Positions 54,151 to 63,635 of a stretch of DNA of 64,000 nucleotides are shown here, one piece after another (the stretch's first letter is position 1; every line of letters starts with the position of its first letter). The translations under genes were made by a program, and so were the position numbers. This stretch comes from Dehalococcoidia bacterium (lineage in GTDB: Bacteria > Chloroflexota > Dehalococcoidia > Lucifugimonadales > UBA1123). Location: positions 21,895 to 85,894 of the forward strand of contig CBDBPQ010000001.1 of assembly GCA_965208795.1 (NCBI GenBank). The letters are read 5' to 3'. The notes under the pieces were generated by a model that worked only from the letters and a program-made list of their open reading frames with translations, did no database searches and was not told the origin of the DNA.

Positions 54151-54993
54151 ATGCCCGACCACACCATCCGCGTGGGCGACGCTCACATAATCTCCGCAAC
54201 AGACGGTCATATCCACTTCGCCACGTCCGACTTCTTCCCCTCCATCGAAGAGGATGCGTGGGCGCCATACGGAGACCAGCTAACCGAAGACGGCCTGCTT
54301 CGCCTGAACGTCGGCTCATTCGTCGTCCGCGTCGGTGATCGCGCCACGCTCATAGACACGGGGCTGGGCGAGGGTGATCACCCGTTTGAGAACTCTGAGT
54401 GGGGGCTGCTCGCGAACGATCTGGCCGCGAAGGGCGTCGCCCCCGGCGAAATAGATGCCGTATTCGTAACCCACTTGCATCGCGACCACGTCGGCTGGAA
54501 CATCGTTCGAGACCCCGACGGCGGCGATCCCAAGCCATACTTCCCCAACGCTCGATACTACGTTCCCCGCGCCGACTGGAATACCTTTACGCGCCGGGCG
54601 GGCATGAGCATGTTCGCTTACATCCGCGAACAAGTGATGCCGCTGATGGACATGGGGCTCCTCGAACTGGTGGATGGCGAGCAGCCGATCACAGACCACG
54701 TAACAGCCTTGCCGACGCCCGGCCACACACCCGGCCACATGAGCGCCCTGATAACTTCGGCGGGCGAAAGCGCAGTCGTGTTGGGAGACGCCGCGCACGT
54801 GCCGGTGCAGGCTCACCACACCGACTGGAGTCCGCGCGCCGACACGAATCCCAAGCTGTCCGCCCAGAATCGCGCGGCTCTGTTCGAGCGCATGGAGCGC
54901 GACCACTCCCTGGTCGTATCCGGCCACTTCCCCGCGCCCGGCTTCGGACGCCTCGCTAGAGTCAGCGGACGCCGCTACTGGCAGCCCACCTGA
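54151..54993 (+). CDS. MBL-fold metallo-hydrolase
   Basis: THLHRDHVGW (HxHxDH), PTPGHTPGH, GDAAH. Confidence 0.8.
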   Translation: MPDHTIRVGDAHIISATDGHIHFATSDFFPSIEEDAWAPYGDQLTEDGLLRLNVGSFVVRVGDRATLIDTGLGEGDHPFENSEWGLLANDLAAKGVAPGEIDAVFVTHLHRDHVGWNIVRDPDGGDPKPYFPNARYYVPRADWNTFTRRAGMSMFAYIREQVMPLMDMGLLELVDGEQPITDHVTALPTPGHTPGHMSALITSAGESAVVLGDAAHVPVQAHHTDWSPRADTNPKLSAQNRAALFERMERDHSLVVSGHFPAPGFGRLARVSGRRYWQPT

Positions 54994-55038
54994 CCTTCTA
55001 AGAACCTGGCCCAGTCTGGTCGGCGCGCCCACAACCCC

Positions 55039-55058
55039 ATTCCCGCGAAAGCGGGAAT
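55039..55058. repeat. R3 hairpin repeat (uninterrupted form)
   Basis: attcccgc-gaaa-gcgggaat, a perfect 8-bp stem with a GAAA loop, downstream of the MBL gene. Confidence 0.7.
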
Positions 55059-55138
55059 CCAGAGCGCCTATCTGCTACCAACCGCGATTCCCCCAATGTG
55101 CCTGCCAAATCGAGGCAAGCTCAACCCTGAACCAACCC

Positions 55139-55166
55139 TTGACTACTCCCCCATATGCCATATACT
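55139..55166 (+). promoter_or_regulatory. sigma70-like promoter of pspC/liaF-like pair
   Basis: TTGACT (55139-44), 16 nt, TATACT (55161-66). Confidence 0.45.
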
Positions 55167-55186
55167 GAAATCAGGTAGCCAGATAC

Positions 55187-55663
55187 ATGGGAGAAATGTT
55201 CATGGAACGCGCTGACAGACTCTACAAGAGCGACGACAGGATGCTGTTCGGCGTAGCCTCCGGCACGGCTGAGTACTTGGGGATAGACCCCACATTGGCG
55301 CGGCTGGCTTGGGTTGCCGCCGCGTTCGTCACCGGCGGCATAGGCGTCATAGTGTACCTCGTCATGGCGATAGTAATGCCCGCCCGCGAACGCGTTGTCT
55401 CGCAGTCGTCATCGTCTGTCCAGGAGCCTGAAATCCCCGCGGAACACAATATTGACGCAGACGCAGACTCGGAATACCGGAAGGAAAGGGCTCGTCGTCG
55501 GCGTGTATGGCGGTACGTGGTCGGCATCGGGCTTATCGGGTTTGGAGTGGCCTTCTTGCTCAATAACCTCGGCGTTTGGAACGTCATACGCTGGGACCTG
55601 TTCTGGCCTATCGCCGTCATTGCTGTCGGCCTCGCCATCTTGGTCCCGTCCATTAGACGCTGA
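55187..55663 (+). CDS. PspC-domain membrane protein
   Basis: LYKSDDRMLFGVASGTAEYLGIDPTLARLAWVAAAF...VYLVMAIVMP. Confidence 0.75.
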   Translation: MGEMFMERADRLYKSDDRMLFGVASGTAEYLGIDPTLARLAWVAAAFVTGGIGVIVYLVMAIVMPARERVVSQSSSSVQEPEIPAEHNIDADADSEYRKERARRRRVWRYVVGIGLIGFGVAFLLNNLGVWNVIRWDLFWPIAVIAVGLAILVPSIRR

Positions 55664-55685
55664 TTCGATACGGGATGGTCCTGAC

Positions 55686-56648
55686 ATGGAAAGAAGCGGC
55701 GCATCCGGCATAGAGCGCGTCCGAAAGGGCTTCTCCCTGTTCGGGCTGTTGCTGATCGCGCTCGGTGTCCTGCTTCTGTTGAATGTGGTCGGCGCGCTTC
55801 CGCTCGGCGTCTGGTTCGAGTTCGCTAACTACTGGCCCGCGCTGCTGGTGATAGTCGGCGTCAAGATGCTCCTGGCGCCTCGCGCGCCGCTCGTCGGACT
55901 GGCCGCCGTTAGCCTCATACTCGTCGCCGCGATTGCCGCCGCGTCGTTCACCATGGACTTCCGCCAGTCCGCCGACACGCTTGTCGCGGGAGCCTACGTC
56001 GCGCCGCTTGGCGACGCCGAGGCCCTGGAATTGGGCATGGGCTTCGCGGGCGGCAGCGTAACCTTGCGCCCCGCGTCAACAAGCTCCCAACCCCCCAGCC
56101 TGTTCTCCGCGAACTTCGACGGCGCGTCGCCCGCCGACGTCATCCACGACCGCCGGGGCCCAGACTCCAAGATATACCTCTCCACCGGAGAATGGTCGCT
56201 GAACTTGGACGACGGGCTGAACATAACTATGGGCGGCGACGCTCAGGACTTCCCAGGCGCCGTGGATTGGGACTTGTTCGTATCTCCCGACGTGGCGTTG
56301 GATCTCGAAATCTCCGCCGGCGCGTCCGATCTGTATCTCGACCTCCGACGCCTCAACGTCAAGCGGCTGGTCGTCGGCGCGGCGGCTTCCGACGTAACAA
56401 TCATCCTGCCTGAAGCGGCGGGCCGGACCGAAATCGAAATAGACGCCGCCGTCGCCGACGTACAAATAACCGTCCCCGCCGGCGTCGCCGTTCGCTTCGA
56501 GCAAGAATCGTTCCTGAGTCAGATAGGCATATCAACCTCCCGCTTCCCCAAAACATCGGATGGCTACGAGTCTCCCGACTACGCAGTCGCCGAAAACCGC
56601 GTAAGCGTCGAAATAAACGCTGCCGCTTCCGACCTGACCGTCCACTAA
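55686..56648 (+). CDS. LiaF-like membrane protein with C-terminal toast-rack (DUF2154/DUF4097-like) domain
   Basis: ATG 55686. LiaF-type TM region (FGLLLIALGVLLLLN...YWPALLVIVGVKML). C-terminal repetitive beta pattern: LDLEISAGASDLYLDL, VGAAASDVTIILP, IDAAVADVQITVP. Confidence 0.6.
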   Translation: MERSGASGIERVRKGFSLFGLLLIALGVLLLLNVVGALPLGVWFEFANYWPALLVIVGVKMLLAPRAPLVGLAAVSLILVAAIAAASFTMDFRQSADTLVAGAYVAPLGDAEALELGMGFAGGSVTLRPASTSSQPPSLFSANFDGASPADVIHDRRGPDSKIYLSTGEWSLNLDDGLNITMGGDAQDFPGAVDWDLFVSPDVALDLEISAGASDLYLDLRRLNVKRLVVGAAASDVTIILPEAAGRTEIEIDAAVADVQITVPAGVAVRFEQESFLSQIGISTSRFPKTSDGYESPDYAVAENRVSVEINAAASDLTVH

Positions 56649-56697
56649 CCTCCCGATCCCGACTGCTGCTACTCGCCCTACCAAACCCTTTGCGCCT

Positions 56698-56727
56698 TTG
56701 CGTTAACTCCCCCCAACTGCGTAGAAT
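56698..56727 (+). promoter_or_regulatory. possible promoter of fabI
   Basis: TTGCGT (56698-703, inside an R2-like tttgcgcctttgcgtt), 18 nt, TAGAAT (56722-27). Confidence 0.35.
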
Positions 56728-56762
56728 GAACTCGCTTGCAATGCCAACATAGGAGACTGCCG

Positions 56763-57542
56763 TTGTACGCCATAGACCTTGCCGGAAAGAACGCCCTCGT
56801 ATTCGGAGTCGCCAACCAGCGCAGTATCGCGTGGCACATCGCCCGCGCGCTCGACGCCGCCGGCGCGCGAATCGGGCTTTCTTACCTCAACGAGCGCATC
56901 CTCGGCAGCGTCGAGCGGCTGGCGGGCAGCCTGTCCTCAGGCGTAGCGCTGATCGAGTGCGACGTTAGCGACGACGCCAACGTCGAGCGCGCCTTCCAGA
57001 TGGCCCGCGCCGAGTTCGGCGACATAGACATCGTAATCCACTCCATAGCCTTCGCCAATAGAGAAGACCTTGGAGGCCCCTTCATAGATACTCCGAGGGA
57101 AGGTTTCCGGCTCGCGCTCGACATCAGCGCCTACTCCCTTGTGTCGGTGGCGCGGCACGCTCAACCTCTGATGAAAGACAACGGCGGCAGCATCGTCACC
57201 ATGACCTTCCAGGCGTCGAGCCGTGTCTTTCCCGGCTACAACGTCATGGGCACCGCCAAGGCCGCCCTGGAAAACGAAGTCCGGCAGCTATCCTGGGACC
57301 TGGGACGGGACGACATCCGCATCAACGCCATCAGCGCGGGGCCGGTGGATACGCTCTCATCGCGTGTCATCAGCGGCTACCGCGACATGAAGCGCGCCCA
57401 CGCCGGGCGCTCGCCTATGGGACGCAACATCACACACGAAGAGGTCGCCAACACCGCGCTGTTCCTATGCTCAGACATGTCGTCCGGCATTACCGGCGAG
57501 GTGATTCACGTAGATACCGGCTACCACGTAATGGGGATTTGA
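56763..57542 (+). CDS. fabI: enoyl-ACP reductase FabI
   Basis: LAGKNALVFGVANQRSIAW, HSIAFA, YNVMGTAKAALE, ISAGPVDT, TGEVIHVDTGYH. TTG 56763 lies 7 nt after AGGAG. Confidence 0.85.
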   Translation: MYAIDLAGKNALVFGVANQRSIAWHIARALDAAGARIGLSYLNERILGSVERLAGSLSSGVALIECDVSDDANVERAFQMARAEFGDIDIVIHSIAFANREDLGGPFIDTPREGFRLALDISAYSLVSVARHAQPLMKDNGGSIVTMTFQASSRVFPGYNVMGTAKAALENEVRQLSWDLGRDDIRINAISAGPVDTLSSRVISGYRDMKRAHAGRSPMGRNITHEEVANTALFLCSDMSSGITGEVIHVDTGYHVMGI

Positions 57543-57545
57543 ACT

Positions 57546-58052
57546 ATGAACTGGGCTGAAACCATCGTCCAAAGCCTGAAGGACGCCGAGGTGTCCCTAA
57601 TCGCATACGTGCCCGATGTCAGCATCCATCGCGTTACCAGCCTCATGGAAGCCGACGACTACTTCCACGTCGTCTCCGCGACACGGGAGGAGGAGGCGAT
57701 CGGCATAGCCACCGGCGCCTACGCCACCGGCCGCAACGCCGCAGTATTCATGCAGTCCAGCGGTTTCGGCAACTGTGTCAACGCTCTTGCCAGCCTGTGT
57801 CTGCCGGCGCGTGTGCCGCTGCCCATGTTCATCAACCTGCGTGGCGAGGTCGGCGAGTTCAATATCGCCCAGATCGCGATGGGCAGGGCGACCAGGCCGA
57901 TCCTAGACACGTTGGGCATCACCCACTACACCCTCGAATCCGATGACCGGCTCGGCCAACGCGTAACTGGCGCCCTTCAGCTCTGCTACGCCTCCCGCCA
58001 GCCCCTCGCTCTTTGTATGACACCTTTGTTGCACGGAGGCAAACTTGCATAG
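57546..58052 (+). CDS. TPP-dependent decarboxylase alpha subunit (sulfopyruvate decarboxylase ComD-like)
   Basis: 168 aa. VPDVSIHRV...ATREEEAIGIATGAY..GRNAAVFMQSSGFGN (TPP pyrimidine-binding domain). Confidence 0.65.
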   Translation: MNWAETIVQSLKDAEVSLIAYVPDVSIHRVTSLMEADDYFHVVSATREEEAIGIATGAYATGRNAAVFMQSSGFGNCVNALASLCLPARVPLPMFINLRGEVGEFNIAQIAMGRATRPILDTLGITHYTLESDDRLGQRVTGALQLCYASRQPLALCMTPLLHGGKLA

Positions 58053-58626
58053 GCTCTCAGCTACCAGGCGCGTCCTCGATAATGTCGGCAACCTCCCCAT
58101 CGTTGCCAATTTAGGGCCGACCACCGACGAACTCTGGCACGCCGGACACCGCGACCGCAACTTCTACACCTACGGCTCTATGGGACTGTGCTCCTCCATC
58201 GCGCTCGGCATGGCGCTCTCCACCGATGAGAAGGTCGTGTCTCTCGACGGCGACGGCTCGCTCCTGATGAACATGGGTGCCATCGCCACCATCGGACGCG
58301 AAATGCCCGCCAACCTGATCGTAATCGTCTGGGACAACGAGGAGTGGGGACAGACCGGCCACCAGGCCAGTCACACCGCCTTCGGATCCGACCTCGAAGC
58401 CGTCGCGCGCGGCTGTGGCATCTCCCGCGCCGAAACCGTTGCCGACGAGGAGGAGCTTGAGGCGACGCTCCGCCAAGCGCTCCGAGAGGACGGCCCCTGG
58501 TTCATTGTCGCTAAGATCGAAGAGGAAGAATACCTTCCGGTCGCGCCGAACGAACCGGAAGCCACACTGTACAGGTTCAGAGAAACCTTCGGCGTCCCCG
58601 GAGCGGGTGGAGGCGCCGGCCACTAG
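58045..58626 (+). CDS. TPP-dependent decarboxylase beta subunit (ComE-like)
   Basis: GSMGLCSSIALGMAL....VVSLDGDGSLLMNMG (TPP diphosphate-binding GDG motif). TTG 58045 follows GGAGG and overlaps the alpha stop by 8 nt. Confidence 0.65.
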   Translation: MHRLSATRRVLDNVGNLPIVANLGPTTDELWHAGHRDRNFYTYGSMGLCSSIALGMALSTDEKVVSLDGDGSLLMNMGAIATIGREMPANLIVIVWDNEEWGQTGHQASHTAFGSDLEAVARGCGISRAETVADEEELEATLRQALREDGPWFIVAKIEEEEYLPVAPNEPEATLYRFRETFGVPGAGGGAGH

Positions 58627-58644
58627 AACCGCCCACTAGAACCG

Positions 58645-59943
58645 CTATCTGCTACTCGTCGCGGGCCGCGCGCTTGGCTCCATCTGAGTCTGTTGGGTCA
58701 TTCGCCCGCGTAGCTCCGGCATCAGCAGAGCTACGGAGCCGACCGTGATGACGCCGAGGCTGGCGAACATCATTATCGCGGCGGACGGGGAAGTGAACTC
58801 CGCTACCACACCTATCAGCAGCGCGCCTATCGGCCCAGATCCTATCGCCAGAGATATTACGCCTAGCGCGCGCCCGCGCATATCGTCCGACGCCGTGATG
58901 ACCACGATGGTGGACTGCATCGTGCCGAACCCCGCGGTTCCCAGCCCCAGCAGCACGAGCACCGGCAGCGACAGCTCGATCCACTGCGACCAGGCGAAGA
59001 CGAAAACCAGCATCAGACCTAACAGCGAGCCGCCGAGATAGACGCGCCCGTGATACGTCAGCCGCCCGAACGACGCGATTGCTATCGAGCCGATTATCGC
59101 GCCCGCTCCGTCCGCGCCCATCAGCATACCCAGCAGACCCGGCCCGGCGTTCAGTGTCTCCCGCGCAATCACCGGAACCATCTGCATATATGGGAACAGC
59201 AGCAGGTTCATCAGTACCGTCACGATGACCGTCGCCAGGATTATGCGGTGTCCGCGCACATAGCTAAAGCCCTCGACCAGATTCCTGATAATGTTAGGCG
59301 CGCCCGCCGTCCTCTCGCGCGGCGGCAGCTTGATGAACGACAGGAATATTATGGATACAACGTAGAGCGCAATGATGGCGATGTATCCGCCAACCTCGCC
59401 GGTCGTGGCGATTAGCGCGCCGCCGATGACCGGCCCCGTCATGCGGCTCGCGTGCATGCCCACCGAGTCCAGCGCCATAGCGTTCGTAACGCCCCCGCGT
59501 CCGGTTACATCTAGCACTATCGAGCGTCTGGAAGGCATATCGAACGCCCAGCCCAGACCGCTCGCCAGAACCGCGATGTAGCTGTGCCAGAACTGCAGGT
59601 GTTCTGTGATAATGAGCGCCAGCATGAACAGCCCGGCGGCGATGTTCACGGCTTGCGTGAATATGAGCAGATTGCGACGGTTGACGCGATCCGCCAAGAC
59701 GCCGCCGAGCGCGCCGAACGGGAGCAACGGTATCATGCCGGAGAAGCCGACGAGAGAGACGAGAAACGGCGAGTTGTCCGTAAGCTCCGCCACCAGGTAG
59801 AACAGCAGCATCATCTGCATCCACCGGGAGACGTAGGAGAAGAAGTTGGCAGGCCAAAGCAGGCGAAAACCTACGTGCCGGAACGCTTCCAGCGTTGGCG
59901 GCAGTTTCGCGTTGGAGGGGCGTAAATGTGAAAAAGTAGCCAT
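58645..59943 (-). CDS. MFS transporter (EntS/MFS_3-like)
   Basis: About 12 TM segments. GALGGVLADRVNRRNLL loop motif. Confidence 0.8.
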   Translation of the reverse strand: MATFSHLRPSNAKLPPTLEAFRHVGFRLLWPANFFSYVSRWMQMMLLFYLVAELTDNSPFLVSLVGFSGMIPLLPFGALGGVLADRVNRRNLLIFTQAVNIAAGLFMLALIITEHLQFWHSYIAVLASGLGWAFDMPSRRSIVLDVTGRGGVTNAMALDSVGMHASRMTGPVIGGALIATTGEVGGYIAIIALYVVSIIFLSFIKLPPRERTAGAPNIIRNLVEGFSYVRGHRIILATVIVTVLMNLLLFPYMQMVPVIARETLNAGPGLLGMLMGADGAGAIIGSIAIASFGRLTYHGRVYLGGSLLGLMLVFVFAWSQWIELSLPVLVLLGLGTAGFGTMQSTIVVITASDDMRGRALGVISLAIGSGPIGALLIGVVAEFTSPSAAIMMFASLGVITVGSVALLMPELRGRMTQQTQMEPSARPATSSR

Positions 59944-60114
59944 GAATCAACGCGCATGATTCTACGCCCGCGCATGGAATGAAACAAGAGCAATTGGGGC
60001 AGAGTTTCAGAAATTACATAATACAGAGAGGTAAAGACGCCGAAATTCCTATTTTACTGCTGCAGCGTCTCTGCGCCCTCAGCGTCAAAAGTCCCTCTAT
60101 TCCAAATTCGCCCC

Positions 60115-60936
60115 TCACTGCGCCATGACCGTTTCTATGGCTGAGGCCGGCGCCCATCCGACCAGCTCGGTTCTCGGCACCTGCACCTGCGTCCAGCCCG
60201 CGCGCGTCTGCAGCGCGATGACCTCGCGCCCGGCGTCCAGAGAAAGGCTGACGGCTGAGCGTGGGCTCGGAGCCGCATGCATATCGGCGGACTGCGCGGT
60301 AACGACCGCGATGCTCGTCCAGTGGTCGCGGCTCATCTGACCGCCTATAGCTAGGAATCCGAACAGCAGCAGGCCGATGACCGACACGGCGGCTACTCGG
60401 CGCAGCGTGACCGCAAGGCGTTGGGATAGCGGGCGCAGCGCCATCCACGCGAGCGCGGCGGACCATGTCGCCAGCCAGCACAGCAGCGCGACAATCGCCG
60501 CCGCGTCCAGCGACAGCCAGGGCAGCCATTCGGCGAACTGCGCCAGGAGCGGCGTAGGATGACGCCCGTAATCCGCGGTCCCTACCTTCTCCCGCGTCAG
60601 CGCGAGGTTGGCCGCTATATCCTCGTCGAACGGGGCGATGCGCCGCGCCCTCAGGTAGTTCACCATCGCGCGGCCCGTGTCTTCGTTGCGGTAGTAGGCG
60701 TTGGCGAGGTTGTAGTAGAGCGTAGCGTCCTGGTATCCCAGACGGACGAGACGCTCATAGGTCAGCGCGGCCTCCTCGAAGTTGCCGTCCTGATAGAGCA
60801 GGTTGGCGGCCCTGAACAGATCCATATCTACGGACTCGTCTGCCCATACGGTACCGGCCCACACGGCCCACGCGACACCGATCAGCGCGAGCGCCCCAAT
60901 CGCCGTCGCTGCCGCCACCGCTCGCAGCGCGCTCAT
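60115..60936 (-). CDS. batE: BatE-like TPR + TM + SH3b protein
   Basis: N-terminal signal/TM, TPR (ANLLYQDGNFEEAALTYERL...YYNLANAYY), internal TMs, and a C-terminal SH3b-like segment (...REVIALQTRAGWTQVQVPRTELVGWAPASAI). ATGA overlap with batD. Confidence 0.55.
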   Translation of the reverse strand: MSALRAVAAATAIGALALIGVAWAVWAGTVWADESVDMDLFRAANLLYQDGNFEEAALTYERLVRLGYQDATLYYNLANAYYRNEDTGRAMVNYLRARRIAPFDEDIAANLALTREKVGTADYGRHPTPLLAQFAEWLPWLSLDAAAIVALLCWLATWSAALAWMALRPLSQRLAVTLRRVAAVSVIGLLLFGFLAIGGQMSRDHWTSIAVVTAQSADMHAAPSPRSAVSLSLDAGREVIALQTRAGWTQVQVPRTELVGWAPASAIETVMAQ

Positions 60937-62720
60937 TCTGCAAGCTCCTCATCCAGCCTTCGCACTAGCTCGGCTACGTCGCGCCCCACTTCGTCGGGTT
61001 CGTCCCTGGAGCGCGGCGAAAAGCGCATTTCGTCTATTCTCGAGAGCGTCTGCGTTAGCAGCTCGGTCGTCTCCGGTGACACGCCGCGCTCCGACAGCCG
61101 GCGCGCTGTCGTCCCGGCTGTCAGCCCGCTGGTCGGACTGTTCAGCGCGGCCGAGAGATAGCCGTGCAGCGCGAGACCGGCGACGTCTGCCGGTGACGCG
61201 CCCGGCTCGATTGCCGCAAGCCGCGCGAGCGCGAGTTCGCCCGCTCCCTGTTCGTCGTCGCGCTTGCTGCCCCGTCTGCGGCCAATCGCGCTGAGGCGCC
61301 CCATCCGCCCGGCCAACAACAGCCATACCATCACAGCCGCGAACGCCGCGACAGGCGCGAGCCACAGCGCCCTGAACGCCGCGCCCGACACCGGCGAATC
61401 GCCGCCCTGCCTCATGAATTCGGGCGTGGGCTTGATGTAGCGGATGTCCGGCTCCTCCTCTTCAGCGATGCTCCCGGCGGCCCCGGTGGGATCGGCGGCA
61501 TCGCCTCCCGGAGCGGCGAGCGCCTCGACACTGAACGGCCGCGTGCTCACCGTAACGTACTCCTCGATGTCCGGGTCGAAGTAAGCATACTCTATGGGAG
61601 GCAGTTCGTAGTTTCCCGAAGCGTCCGGCACGAGCATTTGGGTGAACGTCTTGGATCCCTGCATCTTGCCGTCCACGACCGACGCGGTGAACGACGTATC
61701 GTTGTCGAAGGCGCGCCATCCGGGTATCTCCGGCCAGTCGGGGGCGGGCAGCAGTTCCACGTTGCCCTCTCCGCTGATAGTAACCGTTAGCATGACCGGC
61801 TCGCCGACGGACACCGTGCCCGTGTCTATATCTCCCTTGATGCTGTATGCGCCCACCGCTCCCGTGAACGCGCTCGGGTCATCGGGCGGCAGCGGCCTTA
61901 CGTTCAACGTTAGCTGCCGCGTGGCAAGGCGCACCCTCTCCGACGACGGGATGCCGGATAGCGCCGTTACAGTCGTCGGCTCTATCGTTATGTTCCCCGC
62001 AAGCGTTGGGAACAGTATCGTTCTTGTCTCCTTGACATTGTACCGACGTCCGGCGGCGGACACTACGTCTTCGCCCAACATGGTCTCGTCCGGGTTCCAG
62101 AAACCGGCGTAGTCGGGCAGGTCATAGACTGGCCTGCTGGTGGGCGTGGTAGAGTAGTACCTGATGGTGTGGATGATCTGCTCGCCGATATAGGGCGACG
62201 AGTCGTCTACGTCCGCCTCCACGAATAGGTCTTGACCGGCCAGGATCGATGGCTGGATCAGGGTCGGCAGCTGCGCCGCGTTCGGTATCGGAGCGGCGGT
62301 TACGTTCACCTCTATCGGATCGGTTACGTAAACGTCGCTGCCGATGACCACCTTGAGCGGCTCGATCTCGATCTTGCCCGTCCGCGCTGGACGGTACGCG
62401 AACTTGAACTCGAACCGCGTCACCATCACGCCATTGTCGAAGCTGCGCCTTGCGATGGTGTTTCTCCCTATCAGGACTAGGCCTACGACCGACGGCGGCG
62501 GTGGCGGCGGGCTGATGTCTGGGATGCCTTCCATCGTCAGCGTCAGTGTCAGCACGTCCGCGGTCGTCATGTCGGTGCGGTCCACCGACGCCTCGACTTT
62601 TGGAGTCCGGCCAGGAGGTGTCGGCGTCTGGGCGAGCGCCGTCTGCGCCACATCGCCGTACAACAGCAACGCGGCAAGCGCCATAAGCGCTGCGCCCATC
62701 CTGACCGAAGTTTTGACCAC
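60933..62720 (-). CDS. batD: BatD-like oxygen-tolerance protein
   Basis: Signal peptide, a large beta-rich ectodomain, a C-proximal TM (ALWLAPVAAFAAVMVWLLLA) and a cytosolic tail. Length and gene order match Bat operons. Confidence 0.6.
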   Translation of the reverse strand: MVKTSVRMGAALMALAALLLYGDVAQTALAQTPTPPGRTPKVEASVDRTDMTTADVLTLTLTMEGIPDISPPPPPPSVVGLVLIGRNTIARRSFDNGVMVTRFEFKFAYRPARTGKIEIEPLKVVIGSDVYVTDPIEVNVTAAPIPNAAQLPTLIQPSILAGQDLFVEADVDDSSPYIGEQIIHTIRYYSTTPTSRPVYDLPDYAGFWNPDETMLGEDVVSAAGRRYNVKETRTILFPTLAGNITIEPTTVTALSGIPSSERVRLATRQLTLNVRPLPPDDPSAFTGAVGAYSIKGDIDTGTVSVGEPVMLTVTISGEGNVELLPAPDWPEIPGWRAFDNDTSFTASVVDGKMQGSKTFTQMLVPDASGNYELPPIEYAYFDPDIEEYVTVSTRPFSVEALAAPGGDAADPTGAAGSIAEEEEPDIRYIKPTPEFMRQGGDSPVSGAAFRALWLAPVAAFAAVMVWLLLAGRMGRLSAIGRRRGSKRDDEQGAGELALARLAAIEPGASPADVAGLALHGYLSAALNSPTSGLTAGTTARRLSERGVSPETTELLTQTLSRIDEMRFSPRSRDEPDEVGRDVAELVRRLDEELAE

Positions 62721-62738
62721 CGTTCCTTCCTCTCGCGG

Positions 62739-63635
62739 CTACCAGCTCTGACCGGCGGGCGGATTGCCGGAAGACCGCCTCCTCTCGATAGCGTTCCTCA
62801 GTGGCTGGGAGTTTTCGCCGACCGATTCCAGCAGTTGCATCGCCTGATCCTCGGTCATGCCCGATGGCGGGATGATGGGCCACTGCGACTCGTCCGGTAC
62901 CGGCTCGTCCGCCTCGCTCTGCGGATCGCCCTCGCCGGGCTGCGGTTCACCCTCGTTCTCGCCCTCCTGAGGCTCACCCTCGTTCTCGCCCTCCTGCGGC
63001 TGCCCCTCCTGCTGTTGTTGGTCTTGCTGCTGCTGACTCTGCTGCTGCTGTTGTTCTTGTTGTTGCTGATCCTGTTGCTGCTGTTGCTGCTGTTGTTCTT
63101 GTTGTTGCTGATCCTGTTGCTGCTGTTCCGGCGGCGGCTGGGGTTCGACCCGGTGCGCCAACGCAAGCTCGAGGTTGTGCTTGGCGTCCATATCATTCGG
63201 ATCGTAGCGGAGCGCCTGCTTGTACATCTCGATCGCCTGCTCGTGTTCGCCCGCCTCGTACAGCGCGTTGCCTGCGTTGTACGTCGTCCGATCCGCAAGC
63301 TCCAAATCCTGCCCGGCAAGCAGTTCGTCGTACATCCTGATCGCTTCTCTGAAACGCTCTTGGCGATACATCGTATTGGCGGAGTTGTAGAGCGGCTCAG
63401 AGCGTTCGGGCATGGACTCTTCCGCTATTGCGTAGGCGTTGAGCGCGGTGTCGAACAGATTGGCGTCGAACGCCTTGTTGCCGACCTCCATAGCCTCCGA
63501 ACCGTCGTTGTTGGACAGCGGATTGCCCACTACTCCGCCCGCCACGCATCCCGCCCCAAGCAGCGCGAGCAACCCGAGCGCCGCCGCGCGCGCCAACAGC
63601 GCGCCCAGCTTAGACCGAACCCCCAGCGTCCTCAT
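62739..63635 (-). CDS. batC: BatC-like TPR lipoprotein with poly-Gln/acidic tail
   Basis: ATG 63635 overlaps the upstream stop (ATGA). Lipobox LGAGC, TPR repeats (YNSANTMYRQERFREAIRMY, YNAGNALYEAGEHEQAIEMYKQAL), then QQQQDQQQQE... and EGENEGEPQ repeats. Confidence 0.55.
   Translation of the reverse strand: MRTLGVRSKLGALLARAAALGLLALLGAGCVAGGVVGNPLSNNDGSEAMEVGNKAFDANLFDTALNAYAIAEESMPERSEPLYNSANTMYRQERFREAIRMYDELLAGQDLELADRTTYNAGNALYEAGEHEQAIEMYKQALRYDPNDMDAKHNLELALAHRVEPQPPPEQQQQDQQQQEQQQQQQQQDQQQQEQQQQQSQQQQDQQQQEGQPQEGENEGEPQEGENEGEPQPGEGDPQSEADEPVPDESQWPIIPPSGMTEDQAMQLLESVGENSQPLRNAIERRRSSGNPPAGQSW
62940..63130. repeat. in-frame tandem duplications in batC-like tail (27-bp x2; 42-bp x2 within CAG/CAA tract)
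   Basis: caccctcgttctcgccctcctg recurs with a 27-bp period (62944-62997). gttgttcttgttgttgctgatcctgttgctg occurs at 63051 and 63093 (42-bp period). Confidence 0.8.

Noticed and set aside
53990-54319. 109-aa minus-strand ORF containing HPHPNLPPSRGKGL
   Set aside because: The peptide is just the translated R1 repeat. The ORF spans an intergenic repeat module and the 5' end of the MBL hydrolase gene on the other strand. It was useful only as a flag that the same repeat is translated for real at 8838-8879.
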